Assembly (NCBI GenBank): GCA_039096225.1
Contig: JBBPEB010000007.1
Location: 1,178,001 to 1,242,000 of the forward strand
DNA from: Blastocystis sp. Blastoise
Taxonomy: Eukaryota; Protista; Bigyra: Opalinata
Direction: 5' to 3'
Length of the DNA: 64,000 nucleotides
The stretch's first letter is position 1, and each line of letters begins with the position of its first letter. Below the pieces are notes generated by a model. That model had not been told where the DNA came from. It saw only the letters and a program-made list of their open reading frames with translations, and did not search any database. Shown one piece after another: positions 1 through 35,823 of the stretch. The position numbers and the translations under genes were made by a program.

Positions 1-2523
<2,523 letters not shown>

Positions 2524-3297
2524 ATTTCAAGTTTACTACAACATATACTGTCCAAAACATAAAAGTATTATTTGTGACCAAATATTTTTAAAACCGTGAG
2601 TAAAACGAATGGTTACTGCATTTTTTTGAAAAAATAACGTTTTTTTTATATTATTATTTTTTTTTTGAAGTTTTATTTATTTATATAATTACTTTAATTT
2701 ATTTAAAATAACATAATCATTCTACAACTAAAATTGTTGAAAGAGCATATAATGGATTTGAGATAAATATTAATTATCGTATTTCTTATTTATAGTGATT
2801 GTTTCTGTCTTTTTGATGTTAAATAGTGCTTTTTGTGAAGCAATTTATAGTTGATGAAACATATTTATACATATAGAAATCATTTGAATAGATAAATAGT
2901 ATAATTTAGTTTTGAATGAATAATGCTCGTTGAGGTGAATATTTTATTTATCATTATATAGAGGATAATACACTTAGCAAATATTCAAAGAATGAATAAA
3001 AAATATATAAAAAATATTGTTAGAAAAACACAAGAATAATCTATTATGAATACAACATATAAAAGTAATATAAAAAAAGTTTTTGTAGAGAATTATAAGA
3101 TATATAGAATACTTAAAAAACACTTTATAATAAGAAGAAGAAAACAATGAGAATCAAAATGAATATATGTTGATTGAATATATATATGTTTACAACGCGT
3201 AAATATATATTTTAAAAAATTGAAAATATTTTAAAAGACTGTGATGTATTGATAAAATTCATTAATAATAATATATGTATATATATATATTTATATA

Positions 3298-7159
<3,862 letters not shown>

Positions 7160-7953
7160 TATTGGATCTCACAAACGATATGACAAACAACTGAATTAAA
7201 ATAAATGAGAAATGAAAAGGTCAGTTTTTAGTACTGAATATATGATTTTTAAAAACGAGAAGAAGCTCGATAGAAAACGAAACAGAAGACATTTTTGATT
7301 TCCCAAGGGAAATCCAATTGAAAAACGGAAAAAATATCTTTTTCATTTGAAATATCTTTCTCTAATTCTTGAAGAAAAAAAAAGAGAAATCCACCTAATC
7401 TTCATTCTATTCTCAATGAAATGAATATGATATAGTGTATTCGCCTTTTTTATCATATACTGAGATTACAAGTATATTTTAAGAAGCAATGAATAAAAGT
7501 ATGTGGTGTTTAAGGGTAAAAATAGCACAGACATATATATTTTTTTATCAAAATTCATATATATAACTAAGAAAGAAACGTTATATATAGTTTAAGAAAT
7601 ATTTTTTTAATTCAAAAAATATTTTATTAGTTATTAATTTTTTTCATATAAACCAGAAAAAGTATTTTTAAATTATTTTAAAAATCATTTCTACATGTAG
7701 CAACGATAGTAGTCAACATACACTATTGCTAATTTATTTATCGTAAAGTGATAAAAACAAATTGTCTTTTTTGACAATATTTTTTGATATAAAATGATTT
7801 CAAAAGTCAAATAAGAGAATTAAATAGAAAAACAAAACAGAATATAGACAAATCAAAAACTAAATGACGTTGTTTGTATCGATACACAAACAAAAAACTA
7901 TTTTACAATTCAATAATCATAAAGATGAATTCTAGGTTAAGGTATACCAATTA

Positions 7954-10663
<2,710 letters not shown>

Positions 10664-10951
10664 CCTTAATATAATTGGAGAGATATATATTTTTTATTTT
10701 TGAAACACTTTTATATAATTGCGGAAATGCTCATTTTACTACTTTAATTTTCATTTTTCCCACAAATATATATCTACGGTAATTATGATAAAAATAAGGG
10801 ATAAATTGCTTTATAAACCTGAATAAATTTTTATGAAAAGTTTTTCTTTTTTTGCTATTTATAGTTTCTTATTAATTCAAAGATTCATTAAAGGTATGTT
10901 TTCATTGACATCATTTTCTTGATCTACAGTCTATAGAGAATAAAAGTGAAA

Positions 10952-14476
<3,525 letters not shown>

Positions 14477-15440
14477 ATCTATTATTATATCTTATAGATT
14501 AACAATATATAATACTCTACTTCTTCTTCATTTTCAAAATATCTTTATTCTTTTCTATATATATATATTATTTACTTGTATATCTTTTTATATATTTGTC
14601 TATAACATGTTTTTTTTGGGATATAAAATAGTTTCGTTATATAATAATATATGTTTTATATATTCATCATTAGTACTGTAATAAAAAATAATTATTATTA
14701 TGTTATCATCTATTAGTATAATATATAATATATATAACAGTTTTCATTTTACTGTTATCTGATTATTTGTGTATATTTAAAAAAATATAAAATATAGTTT
14801 TTTTGACTATTTAGAATTATAGAATAAATACAATAATATATATATACAATATATATTTCTATAATATAGTCATTCTTGTTATTTATATCTTTCTTAAAAG
14901 AATTAAAACCATAATATTACTATCAATTAATTCAATTAATTATCTAATAACTATATTATAAATAGAGTCGGATTTATTAAAACAAAAGAATATATATATA
15001 TAAAGGTATAGTATTAAAATGGGATCAAAAATAAATATAAAATATATTAATATATATAAATATAATATAAAAAAAATTAGTGTTTAGTCTTTCTGTTTCG
15101 TTTACTATAGAAATATATATGAATAAAGAAATTATTCAAATATATAGAATTCTGGAACAAATATATATTATATATATATATTATTAATAAACAATGAGTA
15201 AAAAAATAGTATATAAAGTGAAAATAAAGTTAATATGTTCTAATTCACAAAGATATATATATAATATATTTATCTATAAAAAAAAAAGAGTTATTGATAA
15301 AAAGAATGAAATCAAATAGATAAATTGATGAATAGAATGAGATTAAATATATATATAAATATATATATAAATATATAAATAAATATATAAATAAATAGAT
15401 AGATAAATAAATATATAAATATATATAAATAAATATATAA

Positions 15441-20509
<5,069 letters not shown>

Positions 20510-21359
20510 CATTTTCTATGATTAACTTGTCTTAATAAAATAGAACAAACAGTTATAGTAAATAATGAACTATTTGAAAATGTAATTTTTTTAAAATATC
20601 AGGTTTTAAAGTTTCTATACAGTTCATTACACATGAAAGAGCCACCTTTAAACATTGAATCTTATCCCATCCCAAAAAATAAAAATTTCATGATTATTTA
20701 TGAGATTTCATACAATTTTTGTTTTTAACCGGAATTATAGAATGACACAACCTAAAAAGAGAACTTCACCATCTGTTTTATGGAGAGTCAGTAACACGAC
20801 TTACTTCATGTCCAATCATTACAAAGGTTGAATTGATATACCTTTTTCCTATTGGATACTGAAATGATTGAACGAATCACCGAAGAGGAAACAGGATTAT
20901 ACGTTTCTCTATTGGAAAAAATATGAATACAAACATACAATTATCATTTGTTCTCTATTTGAAAACTTCGTGATTCTACGTTGTTTTCTAGCCTTTTTTT
21001 ATGGGAATTTAAATTTTTTAATGAGTATCGTTTATGTTTTAGTATTTAAAGTTGTATACTATTATCTGCTATTTTTCTTGTTATCAATAGTATTGTGTAA
21101 TATGATAAGCCAACTAAATTTCATATAGGAGAATGAAATTTTTCGATGATTGACTAATTTATTTTTTTCTGATTGTTGTCATGATTTGCAAGCATATTGT
21201 ATGAGAGATTCATGAAAGTAAAAGAAGCTGATTTTTCCTTCATAGAATACGATTCTTAATTATTCTATTTATAGAAATAGAGACGGTTTCACTGTAAAAT
21301 AAAAATTTCCAATGATTATTTCTAGAAGTCACGAAATATTTTTTTATGAAATAATAATC

Positions 21360-22637
21360 ATGTATTCAAGACTTCTTGGAAGATCTTCACGTTTTTTGAC
21401 ATTCAATACGTCTAAATTAGTGTCTTTTCAATCAAAGAGACTTTTTTCAAGTTCCATTCATCATGTATTCTCGAAACGATCTGCATTAGTTTTAGGTACT
21501 ACTTGTATTTCTACAGTACTTGGAGGATGTATTTTATACAAATCAGCACATGCTTCTGAATGTAATGATCCTATATGTCATGATAATATAAATATGTTTA
21601 AGATGGCATTAGATGCAACTAGATGTATATATTTATATATTTTTTTTTATAGAAATTATTATTTTGTGATTTTGTGATTATATATGTTATATATATTTTT
21701 ATAAATAATTATTTTTCTAGTTCATAAAGTAGAAGAGAAGAAAAATGACCAAAAGGATCAAAATAATGAATCAGAAACAATTACTTCTAAGTCTGATTCT
21801 AATAAAGAATATAATAAAGATAATTCTGTTTCTCATCCTAATGAATTTACTATAGAGAATGAAAATAAATATTATGAATGTCCACCAGATCGTTCTCTTC
21901 TTGGAAGACATTCATGGACACTTGTATATATTATTATTATTCTATTATATAACTGTTATTTTTATTCTATTATATATATTATATAACTATTCTTTTTATC
22001 TATTATATATATATTATATAACTATTCTTTTTATTATATTATATATATATTATATAATTATTCTTTTTATTCTATTATATAACTATTCTTTTTATTCTAT
22101 TATATATATATTATATAACTATTCTTTTTATTCTAATATATATATATTATATAACTATTATATATAGTATACTTATTTTAATTATTATCAATAAATAAAA
22201 TATATAGTTACATACGATAGCGGCTTATTATCCTGAGAATCCAACTGAAGAAGATAAAAAGAATGCTATGTCATTTATAGAATCATTTGCACAATTATAT
22301 CCTTGTAAAAATTGTGCTTTTCATTTTCAACGATTAATTAAAGAAACACCACCAAATGTAAATAGTCAGAAAGAGTTTGTTATGTGGATGGCACAAGCAC
22401 ATAATATTATATCAAAGAAATGTCATAAACCAATTTATCCTGAAGATTATGATGTATTACAAAAAAGATGGAAAACTGGTTGTGATGCTTGTCATCCAGA
22501 AAAACAACAAAATGAAGAACAATTTACTTCTGAACAAACTTTACGGTATATAAATAATATTGTATTGTAATTTATTATTATTCTATATATTGTTTAGTTG
22601 TGAAGATTTAGCTAAATATGGTGTCGTTCCTCATTAA
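21360..22637 (+). CDS. ERV1: Erv1/ALR family FAD-linked sulfhydryl oxidase with N-terminal mitochondrial presequence-like extension
   Basis: [29 protein letters not shown]...LYPCKNCAFHF...AHN...KP...RWK. The N-terminus is rich in R/S/L/F. Confidence 0.9.
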
Positions 22638-22713
22638 AATATTATAGTTATAAATTGCCATATTCATTATATTAGTTTTGTTATAATAATAAAATAATAA
22701 TTATAATAATAAT

Positions 22714-22749
22714 TTTTCTTCAAAAAATGTGGTGTTAAAAAACACCTGG
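22714..22749 (-). promoter_or_regulatory. Histone mRNA 3' stem-loop (GGTGTT-TTTT-AACACC) plus conserved downstream element, H3 copy
   Basis: 6-bp stem with a 4-nt loop at 22731-22746, about 37 nt after the H3 stop. The 36-nt block is identical to the H4 copy. Confidence 0.85.
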
Positions 22750-22783
22750 TTTATGAAAGATTATTTTGTTTTCTTTAAATGAT

Positions 22784-23200
<417 letters not shown>

Positions 23201-23319
23201 TTATAATAAATATAATTAATAAAAATTTTTATAAAATAATCCTCTTCTTTTCTTATAAAACTGACACTTTTTTTTCGATGGGAAAACAAAAGTCAATTTA
23301 TAGGATGAATTTTGAAATG

Positions 23320-23366
23320 ATTGGCTGATTTTTATATATTTGGCGAATGAATAGAAATTAGCCAAT
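23320..23366. promoter_or_regulatory. Back-to-back CCAAT boxes in the bidirectional H3/H4 promoter
   Basis: ATTGG at 23320-23324 (GATTGGCT) and CCAAT at 23362-23366 (AGCCAAT), in the 306-bp divergent intergenic region. Confidence 0.5.
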
Positions 23367-23497
23367 TAAATAAGAGTAACTATTGAAAAACGGATTTTGT
23401 TTTATTAGTGAAAAAAAGACTTGTTTCGTCTTAAAAAAACATCGAAATCTTTTCATAAAAATATTTCTTGTTTTAATATTTATAACTACATCAAAAC

Positions 23498-23809
23498 ATG
23501 TCTGGCCGTGGTAAAGGTGGTAAAGGATTAGGTAAAGGAGGTGCTAAGAGACACCGTAAAGTTATGCGTGATACCATTTTAGGTATTACCAAACCTGCTA
23601 TCCGTCGTCTTGCTCGTAGAGGTGGTGTCAAGCGTATCTCTGGTTTAATTTATGAAGAAACCCGTACTGTCATTAAAGTCTTCCTTGAATCTATTATTCG
23701 TGATGCTGTCACTTATACTGAACATGCTAAGAGAAGAACTGTTACTGCTTCTGATATCGTCCTTGCTCTTAAGAGACAAGGCAGAACCCTTTATGGTTTC
23801 GGTTTCTAA
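23498..23809 (+). CDS. H4: Histone H4 (intronless, divergent)
   Basis: [21 protein letters not shown]...[12 protein letters not shown]; 103 aa. Confidence 0.99.
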
Positions 23810-23842
23810 GCGAATTAGCTCTATCATATTCTATTGCAATAC

Positions 23843-23878
23843 CCAGGTGTTTTTTAACACCACATTTTTTGAAGAAAA
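23843..23878 (+). promoter_or_regulatory. Histone mRNA 3' stem-loop plus conserved downstream element, H4 copy
   Basis: GGTGTT TTTT AACACC at 23846-23861, 36 nt after the stop, followed by ACATTTTTTGAAGAAAA as in the H3 copy. Confidence 0.85.
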
Positions 23879-24014
23879 TTATTATTATTTTATTATTATT
23901 TTTTTGATTATATTAATTAATTCGTTAAATATTTTTTTTACCATTATATTCTTATTGAATCTTAATAACAAAAATCATCATATTCATAGAACAAATAAAT
24001 TTATATAAAATAGA

Positions 24015-24601
24015 TTATTTTTTATTTAAATATCGTCTCCATTTTCTATTATTACGTAAAATAAATAATTGGAATGTTTCACAAAATTTAAAGAATGTTG
24101 GACGATCTTTAGATTCCTATATAAGAAATAATGAAGAAAATATGGAGTAAATAATATATACAGGATCAATATCAATCATGATTGTAAAGTTTTTATTTGA
24201 ATTATTTTCTTCAATAGTAATTTGTGCTTTGAAAAGTGGTTCTTGATTATTAGGAATAGAGATATCAGATATAGAAGTGAGAGGAATAGGTTCTGAAGGA
24301 TCAAAGGAATGTTCATAATGCATAAATGAATAAAGTGTACAATTAATAATATTTGCATTCATATCGATTGTATAAGATATATCTTCTATATTCATTCTAT
24401 TAAAAAAATCATGAATTCTTAATAATAAGTCATCTTCTTCTATAGATGATATTTCAAAAGTCACTTCACTTTTTTGTTTTTTTATTCTTTTTGAATTAAA
24501 AATAGCATTGTTCTTGGAATTTAATTGTAATTCCTAGTAAAATAATAATTAAAATAATAATATATAATATTAATATAGGATAGAATAGGATATAAAAGGA
24601 T

Positions 24602-24655
<54 letters not shown>

Positions 24656-26159
24656 TATATATTAATATATAATAGAATAGGATATAAAAGGATTATATAA
24701 TAATAATAAAAATAATAATAAAATATATATATTAATATATAATAGAATAGGATATAAAAAGATTATATAATAATAATAAAAATAATAATATAAAATGCTT
24801 ATATATACATTATAACCAAGAGTAGTGAAAGACCATGCAATTCCCCAACGACTTGTTTTTCCTTGATAAAATGTTGTTGAACAAATATTCTTTATTTCTT
24901 TTGTTTGTAAATATTTTAAGATTGTCTATATAAATTGTGAAATATATATATATTAATGATATATAGTTTAAATAAATATAATATAACCTTAATCTTATAT
25001 AAATATACTTTTAGAGTTTTTTTCTTACCAATAAGACAAGTAAACCAATCAATTTGATCCTTATACAGAATACTTTCGTCTATATAACGAACAATAAACT
25101 GTTCTTCTCCTCCTTTTGTGATTAATTCATTTGAAGTACCCATACAACAAGTAGAAGGATTCGTACAAGCCTATAAATAATAATAATTATTATTATTATA
25201 TATCGTATTCTCTAATTGTTATTATCTAACTTATAAAAGAAGGAAAAGGAGAGAATATAAGTATAATAATAAAATGATAATAAAAATAATAAAATATAAT
25301 TTTAAAAAATATATATATTTTAATAAAAATAGTATATAATTCAATAAAAACAGAGTAGCATTAAAGAGTTTAAAAAATTAAAATAGAATAAAATTATATA
25401 AATATAAATATACTTCATCTTGATGAATAAAGAAGGGTGGATTACACATGGAAAAATCATAATGAATTTCTTTATTATTCTCTAATATATTCTTAAATAT
25501 ACAATCTGAATTCTCTTGCTTGACTATTTGTATAAAGTTTTCTAAATGATTTCTCTTTACATTCTCTTTAGCATATTGAATAGATATATCATCAATATCT
25601 ATATATTTAAAAAAAAAGAATTTATTTAAAAAAAAGAAGATATAAATAAAACATATATATATACCTGAACCAAGAAAATTCCATGTATATATTTTATTCC
25701 CTAATAACGGATATATGCATGATGCACCTATACCAATATCTATTCCTTTTACTATATAAATAATAATAAATAATAATTAAAAAAAAAATAAAAAAATAAA
25801 AACATACTTTCATTATCCATCTTCTTTGAATAGTTTAATAAATCATGTATCCAATTTAAATAATTAATTCGACCTGTAATACCAGGACATAGACGATCTA
25901 TAGGAATCTCCCAATCTAAATCAAAATCTTTCTTTAATAACACTTTTGTTAATTCAAGGGATGCATATGGATCTTTCCAATCAATATAAGATGTTCCATC
26001 ATCATTGTTTTGAATATAGTGAGCAAATGAAGGAAATTCTTTTGCTAATAACTTAAAATCTGGACTATTATTGTAATATAAATTATCCTTATGTATTAAT
26101 TCATTATTTGAAGAAGCATTCTCTTCATAAAATCGTTTTTTACCACCTACTTGAGACAT
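24015..26159 (-). CDS. METTL16: METTL16/RlmF-family RNA N6-adenosine methyltransferase (U6 snRNA), multi-exon
   Basis: PDFKLLA, RLCPGITGRINYLNW, GIDIGIGASCIYPLLG (SAM-binding motif), FSMCNPPFF (catalytic NPPF), GGEEQF and QGKTSRWGIAWSF. Confidence 0.92.
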
Positions 26160-26534
26160 TTTTCTTATTCTTGCTTTGAATGTTCAGAATTTATATTCAG
26201 TGTATCTTGTATAATATCTTTACTATTCGTATATGCGTTACGTAATTTGAAGAAATTCACTTCTATGATTTGAGAAGTCTTATCCGAAAAAAAGATGACA
26301 ATAATTAATATAGCAGCTATTATAAAGTTAACGAGTATCAAATCCATAGACTAGACCACAAATCACTTATGTTCTTTCTATATAAAAGAACAAATCTTTT
26401 TTTTTTAAGTTTTCTTTTGGATTTCTCTATTTCTGTTTTTGAGAAATAATTCACTTTATAGGGTAAAAAAACCATGAAAGTACGTTGTTGATTGATTTTC
26501 TTAATTTATTGATTCTTTCCTCTTTATTATAACT

Positions 26535-26963
26535 ATGAGTGAATCTGTTGAAAACACTAAACAAGAATCTATCGAAAAAGAAGAAACACAAACTCAAGTT
26601 GTGAAACGAAATAAATATTTAGAAAAATATCACTTTCCTAATAATGTAGATGGACTTGAACAAATAATACGGTTATGTACAGGAACTGCTTTTCTTCTTG
26701 TTGGATGTGCAAGAAGAAGTTTCGGTTGCATATTCTTAGGTATGGGTGTAGCTATGACGGGAGCCATGAAATACTCACCAATTTATCATGTTCTTGATTA
26801 TATGGAGAAATCTGATAAGAAATTTAAATTAGAACAATCCACAATTAGTCAAAATAAGAGAAATCAAATAAAAGAAAAGATGTCCATTGAGGTTCATAAT
26901 GATAATCCTAATGAACTACAAAAGAATTCTGAGAAAGATATAACAAAGCAAAAATTAGAGTAA
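26535..26963 (+). CDS. Small intronless membrane protein, DUF2892/YgaP-like
   Basis: NVDGLEQIIRLCTGTAFLL...GVAMTGAMKYSPIYHVL matches the NV...R..R...G...TG....P.Y pattern of the DUF2892 two-TM hairpin, with charged flanks. Confidence 0.6.
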   Translation: MSESVENTKQESIEKEETQTQVVKRNKYLEKYHFPNNVDGLEQIIRLCTGTAFLLVGCARRSFGCIFLGMGVAMTGAMKYSPIYHVLDYMEKSDKKFKLEQSTISQNKRNQIKEKMSIEVHNDNPNELQKNSEKDITKQKLE

Positions 26964-27391
26964 TTTAAAATTTTAGTATAGAAAAGTGAATATGAATGTG
27001 TTTTGTTATATATATATATATATATATTATTCATTCCTTAAAGATGACTAAAAGTCAATAGTACATTTTTTAAATGTATATTATTGTGTAATATGATTTG
27101 TAGTAAATAAAGAGTAACCAAGTAATATAAATATAATATATTCATACCAAAAATTGAGTTATACCCTGTTAATAACAAATAAAAAAAATAGATAATGCAA
27201 TAATCAAGAGCTTTTTAAAGAACCAAATGTACAGTCAAATATATATATATATATATGATATAAACAATAAAAATAAATCAAGTTAAGGAAAAAAAATAAA
27301 AGAAAGAAATTTTATAATAAAAAAAAATAATTTTAACTGGAGAGAGGAATAATATATATATATATAATCATAGAATATCTAGATTTCATAT

Positions 27392-27889
27392 TTATTGTTT
27401 TTTGGCCTCTTTATCCTATATATATAATTATTATAGTATATTATATTGATTATATTATATTGATTATATTATATTAAATATATTAAATAAATACTTGAAT
27501 TCTCTTTCTATAAATAGCAGAAGAAGAATGCGCTCTAAAGCCATATATTTTCATATCATATTTCTTAAGAGGAATAGGTGGATATATAGGATTTAAATTT
27601 AATAAGACAACATAAGGTAACGAAGGACCAAAGAAACAACCATCAAGATCTAGTATATAGAGACGATAATAGGAATAAGCAATAAAATATATATAATATA
27701 TTAATAGAATATAAATAAAATATATATAACATATTAATAGAATATAATAAATTAATAATAAAACTATAATTGTTATTCGTAATATGATGTTAATTTAATA
27801 TATATATATATATATACATCTATGTTTTCTATTTTGAGGAACATATACATCTTGACATAAAGGACAATAAAGCTTCATACTATCCACAC

Positions 27890-27927
<38 letters not shown>

Positions 27928-28623
27928 TTATAATTATTTTAGTTTATAAATAAAAATAATATTTCTATATATATATATATATACCTTGGTTCTGTAGAAA
28001 TACCCATCTATATATTATAAAAATTTATATTTATAAAAATAATATTATTAATAATAAACAACAAGTATATATATATATACAGGTAAAAGAGGTTGTTCTT
28101 TACATAAATAACGAGGACAAACACCAAAATATTTACGTTCAAACTTCTTTTTCTATATATATATATATATTTAATATAATAAAGAAAAAATAAAATAAAA
28201 TAAAAATAGAATCATATATACAATCATATATGTGCCATCTTCAGTAAGTGCAAAACGTTGATGAATTAATCCATATAAAATAACAGTACTAGGAGTAATT
28301 TGTTCTTCTCGTTCAGGAGCTAGAGAAATCATAGAGATAATATTATATAGTCAATATTCATTAAAAAAAAAATAAAAATGCAATATAATAATTTATAAAA
28401 TGAAAAATAAGTGCTTACTAAGGTGTACAAGATCCATCATGAGTTCATAACATTCATTGAAATTTTGAATATAAGGTTTTATACCATAAAGATTAAAAGA
28501 ATCTTCAATGTATGCTTTATCCACATTGCATAAAACTTCATTTCCATCAAGTGAACAAAACCAATCAATCCAGGTATCATCTACCAAAGAGGAAGCTGAT
28601 GATGATGACGTTGACTGTTCCAT
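27392..28623 (-). CDS. CKB: Casein kinase II regulatory (beta) subunit, multi-exon
   Basis: WIDWFCSLDGNEVLCNVDKAYIEDSFNLYG, LYGLIHQRF, FGVCPRYLC, YCPLCQDVY, DGCFFGPS and KIYGFR. Confidence 0.95.
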
Positions 28624-29519
28624 TATCACACAAAATCACCAAGAAAACACAGAAATAACTTTATCTCAAAGAGAAAATAGACTCTTTAATTATTCATAAA
28701 CTTCTTTCTGAAATCGTTACACTTATCCGAATTAATCATGGTTTTTTAATATTATTTCTGAAAAAAATAAAAAAAAAATTTTTCGTATTTTATTTATCCA
28801 TGTTTCAAAATATCTTGCATATACTAACATTCAATTCATATAATCTCTTAGTAAAACAACCTAGCTATATACGTAAACCTTCAGTAAGATAGTTATCAAC
28901 AGTTTTATTCAATACTAGTTTTTTTTAAATTACAAATTCTCGTATTTACTAACTTTTATCGCTGTCTAATTGTTCTTATTGACATTTACTCTACATACAT
29001 ATCATCCTTGTAAATGCCTCCTTTTTCTATATTAACATTTCAGTTTATTTTTATCCATGAATAATTGAATAAAAGACATGCTATATAGATGTCTGATAAA
29101 TTCAGTTAATGAAAAAAAAAGTCCCACACAAATTCATTTTTTGCCATTAACTTGATTTTTGCCATATTCTTAATTTTTATTATGACCACAGACGTTTCTA
29201 TATCATTTAAACGGATTAATAATTAGATATATATAATATTATTATCAATGAAGTGAGTTATAAGTAGTTGAAATTTAAAAATAGATTTTCGATTATTTTA
29301 TGAATTTGTCGCAAAAACCCTATTCTATTCATGAAAGTGCTTTTTTTATTTGAAACATCGAAACACACAAAACTTGTTCTCTTTATTTAAAACTTGTGTA
29401 TCCAAAAGAGTTGCTTTTTCTAAATATTAATTTTTGGAGGGAAGATATTTTTATTTTATTCTATTATTTGATATAAATAATTAGTTTTTGTATTCACTAT
29501 ACATTTAGAATTGTTTAAC

Positions 29520-30118
29520 ATGAAACGTAGTACTTCTAAAGTTGAAAATATCGTAGACAATAAGAAAACCAAAGAGGAAGATGAACCCATAGAGAATCCG
29601 GCTACTCCTGATCAAACATCGACTTCTGAAGACAAACAAGGAGCTTCTACTGAAAACAAAGCATCAGAACCTGCTGTGTAGTATGTGTACATAGATTTGA
29701 TTATGTTGAATGAATATCATTGTTATTATTTTAGTCAATGGAAGGAGATTGAAGAACATAACTCTTTTATGTACGTTTATTCCTCTGTTGAGACGCTTGT
29801 AACAGATAAAAAAACGTATTTGTTTGATATGGATAATACAATAACTAAATATGATAAAAAGAATCCACTTGCGAATCCAGAATTTTTATATTCAACAACT
29901 AAGGATACTTTACAGAAACTAGCAGATAATGGAGACCATATTATTATTTGTTCAAATCAAGGAGGAGTTGCCGCCAAAAAAGCCACGTTAAAAGAAGTTA
30001 AGGTAAATGTTATAAGTTGCTTTTATTTATTGTTTTAATTATATATAATAATGTTTTATGTATATATAGGATAAAATTGAAAAATTTGTTAAATTATTTT
30101 CCTTTCCAATTATTGTAT

Positions 30119-30181
<63 letters not shown>

Positions 30182-30186
30182 TATAT

Positions 30187-30237
<51 letters not shown>

Positions 30238-31610
30238 TTATATTTATTATTATTATTATTATTATATAGGTGTGTATAGCTCCTTATAATGATTATTTTA
30301 GAAAGCCAAGTCCTGCTATGTTTTTATATGTCAATAAAACCTATTGTAATAATACTCTAACTAAAGAGAATGCTCTATATGTCGGAGATGCTGCAGGAAG
30401 AAAAAATAGTATATATATATTTATAAACTATTTTAATAATTTCTTCTATTTTATAAATATTTTAAACATCTTCTTCTTCTTTATAGAAAAACCAAAAGAT
30501 TTTTCAAGTGATGATTTGTGTTTTGCTCTTAATTGTGATATCCCCTTTCAAACCCCTGAAGTGTTCTTTAATAAAGATACTTCATCTATAAATGTAGACG
30601 TTCTTAACAACACTCCTGAATTTAATCCTAAATCACTTAAAGATAAAACTTATGGTATTTATTTTGTTATATTTATAATTTATTATTATTATTTATTATT
30701 TGTTATATTTATTATTATTATTATTATTATTATTTATTATTATTATTATTATTATTATTTATTATTATTATTATTATTATTATTTATTATTATTATTTAT
30801 TATTATTATTTATTATTATTATATTTATTACAATATTTATTCAATAATACTAATAATACTATTTTTCTTCTTCTTCTATACTCTAGATAAGTCAATTCTG
30901 ACTACTATGGTTACTACTACTGATCCTCAAGAAATAGTTCTTATTGTTGGACCTCCTGCATCTGGAAAATCTACTATTTCAACTACCTATTTTAGTACGT
31001 ATGATCGTATTAATCAAGTATATACTATATTATATATATTGTATATCATTTTTATTCTATATATAATATATTTATATAGGATACATATAAAACTATTAAA
31101 AAGTGTTTATCTGTTGCTAGAACTAGTTTAACAGAAGGAAAATCTATTATTATTGATAATACGAATAGAGATAAAAATACTCGTTCACAATGGATTGAGT
31201 TAGCAAAAGAATTCAAAATTCCTATTCGTTGTTTGCTAATGACTCTTGAAAAACCTATATGCATGCATCTAAGTGTTTTCAGAACTGGAAACATTTGGAG
31301 AGAAGAAAATCGTAAAGTACCCGATATGATTATTCATGCTTTCTATAAAAACATGGAAAAACCTACTGTATGTTAATTATATATATATTTATGTAATTTA
31401 TATCTTTATAAAATATATTAGTATATTCTCTTATTATTTATTTATTTCATATTCATCTATCCGATAAACTCTTATTTTATTATTATAATTATTTTATATT
31501 TATATATATTTTAGGTACAAGAAGGTTTTAAGAGTGTTCTTTCAATTCCTTTTATTCCTGGTCCATTTAAATGCAAAGAAGAAGAAAATCTCTTTTATTG
31601 CTATTTGTAA
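29520..31610 (+). CDS. PNKP: Bifunctional polynucleotide 5'-kinase/3'-phosphatase, multi-exon
   Basis: HAD motifs FDMDNT, SNQGG, RKPSPAM, YVGDAAGR and DFSSDD; kinase P-loop GPPASGKST; IIDNTN. Confidence 0.92.
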
Positions 31611-32263
31611 ACACATTTATTTTAAATTATTTATTCATTATAATCATCTTCTATGAATCTTTTTCTTCATTTAAATTTATCATTTATTTTATTACATTAT
31701 TCTCAATTATTGTTTTTTTTTTTAAACTTCTTTTTTATTCAAGTCTTATCTACATAAATACATTTAATAAAATATTAAATTCTTCATATCTTGCTTATTT
31801 ACGTTACAAAAAGACACTCTTTTTTTAAACGCAATATTTTCTCAGAAAAAATTATTCTTATCGAATTCACTGGATGACGCACCTCTTTGATTTTCAAAAA
31901 CAATAGTCATGACTCGCTGGTGTGTTTTGGGCGGCTCTATGAAAAAGGGTTAAACATAGAGATTCAGCCAATCATTAATTTTGTTTCTTTAAAAAGAACA
32001 TCGATTCGAATAAATCATAATAACAACCACTCATCTATTTCTTAGAAACAATAAAAAAATAGGTGAATAATCAATATTATATTTGATAATTTGAAAAAAG
32101 TAAAAAATTTCATAATTATTTATGAAGAATGACTGAGAAAATAATATTGTTCAGTTTTGTATCAAAATAAGAAGTTATTTTGATTTCATATTATTTGATC
32201 CATCTTTTTTGAAGAGATCGATTTGAATTATATAATTTTTATGAAATTTATTAAAGATTAAAT

Positions 32264-35823
<3,560 letters not shown>

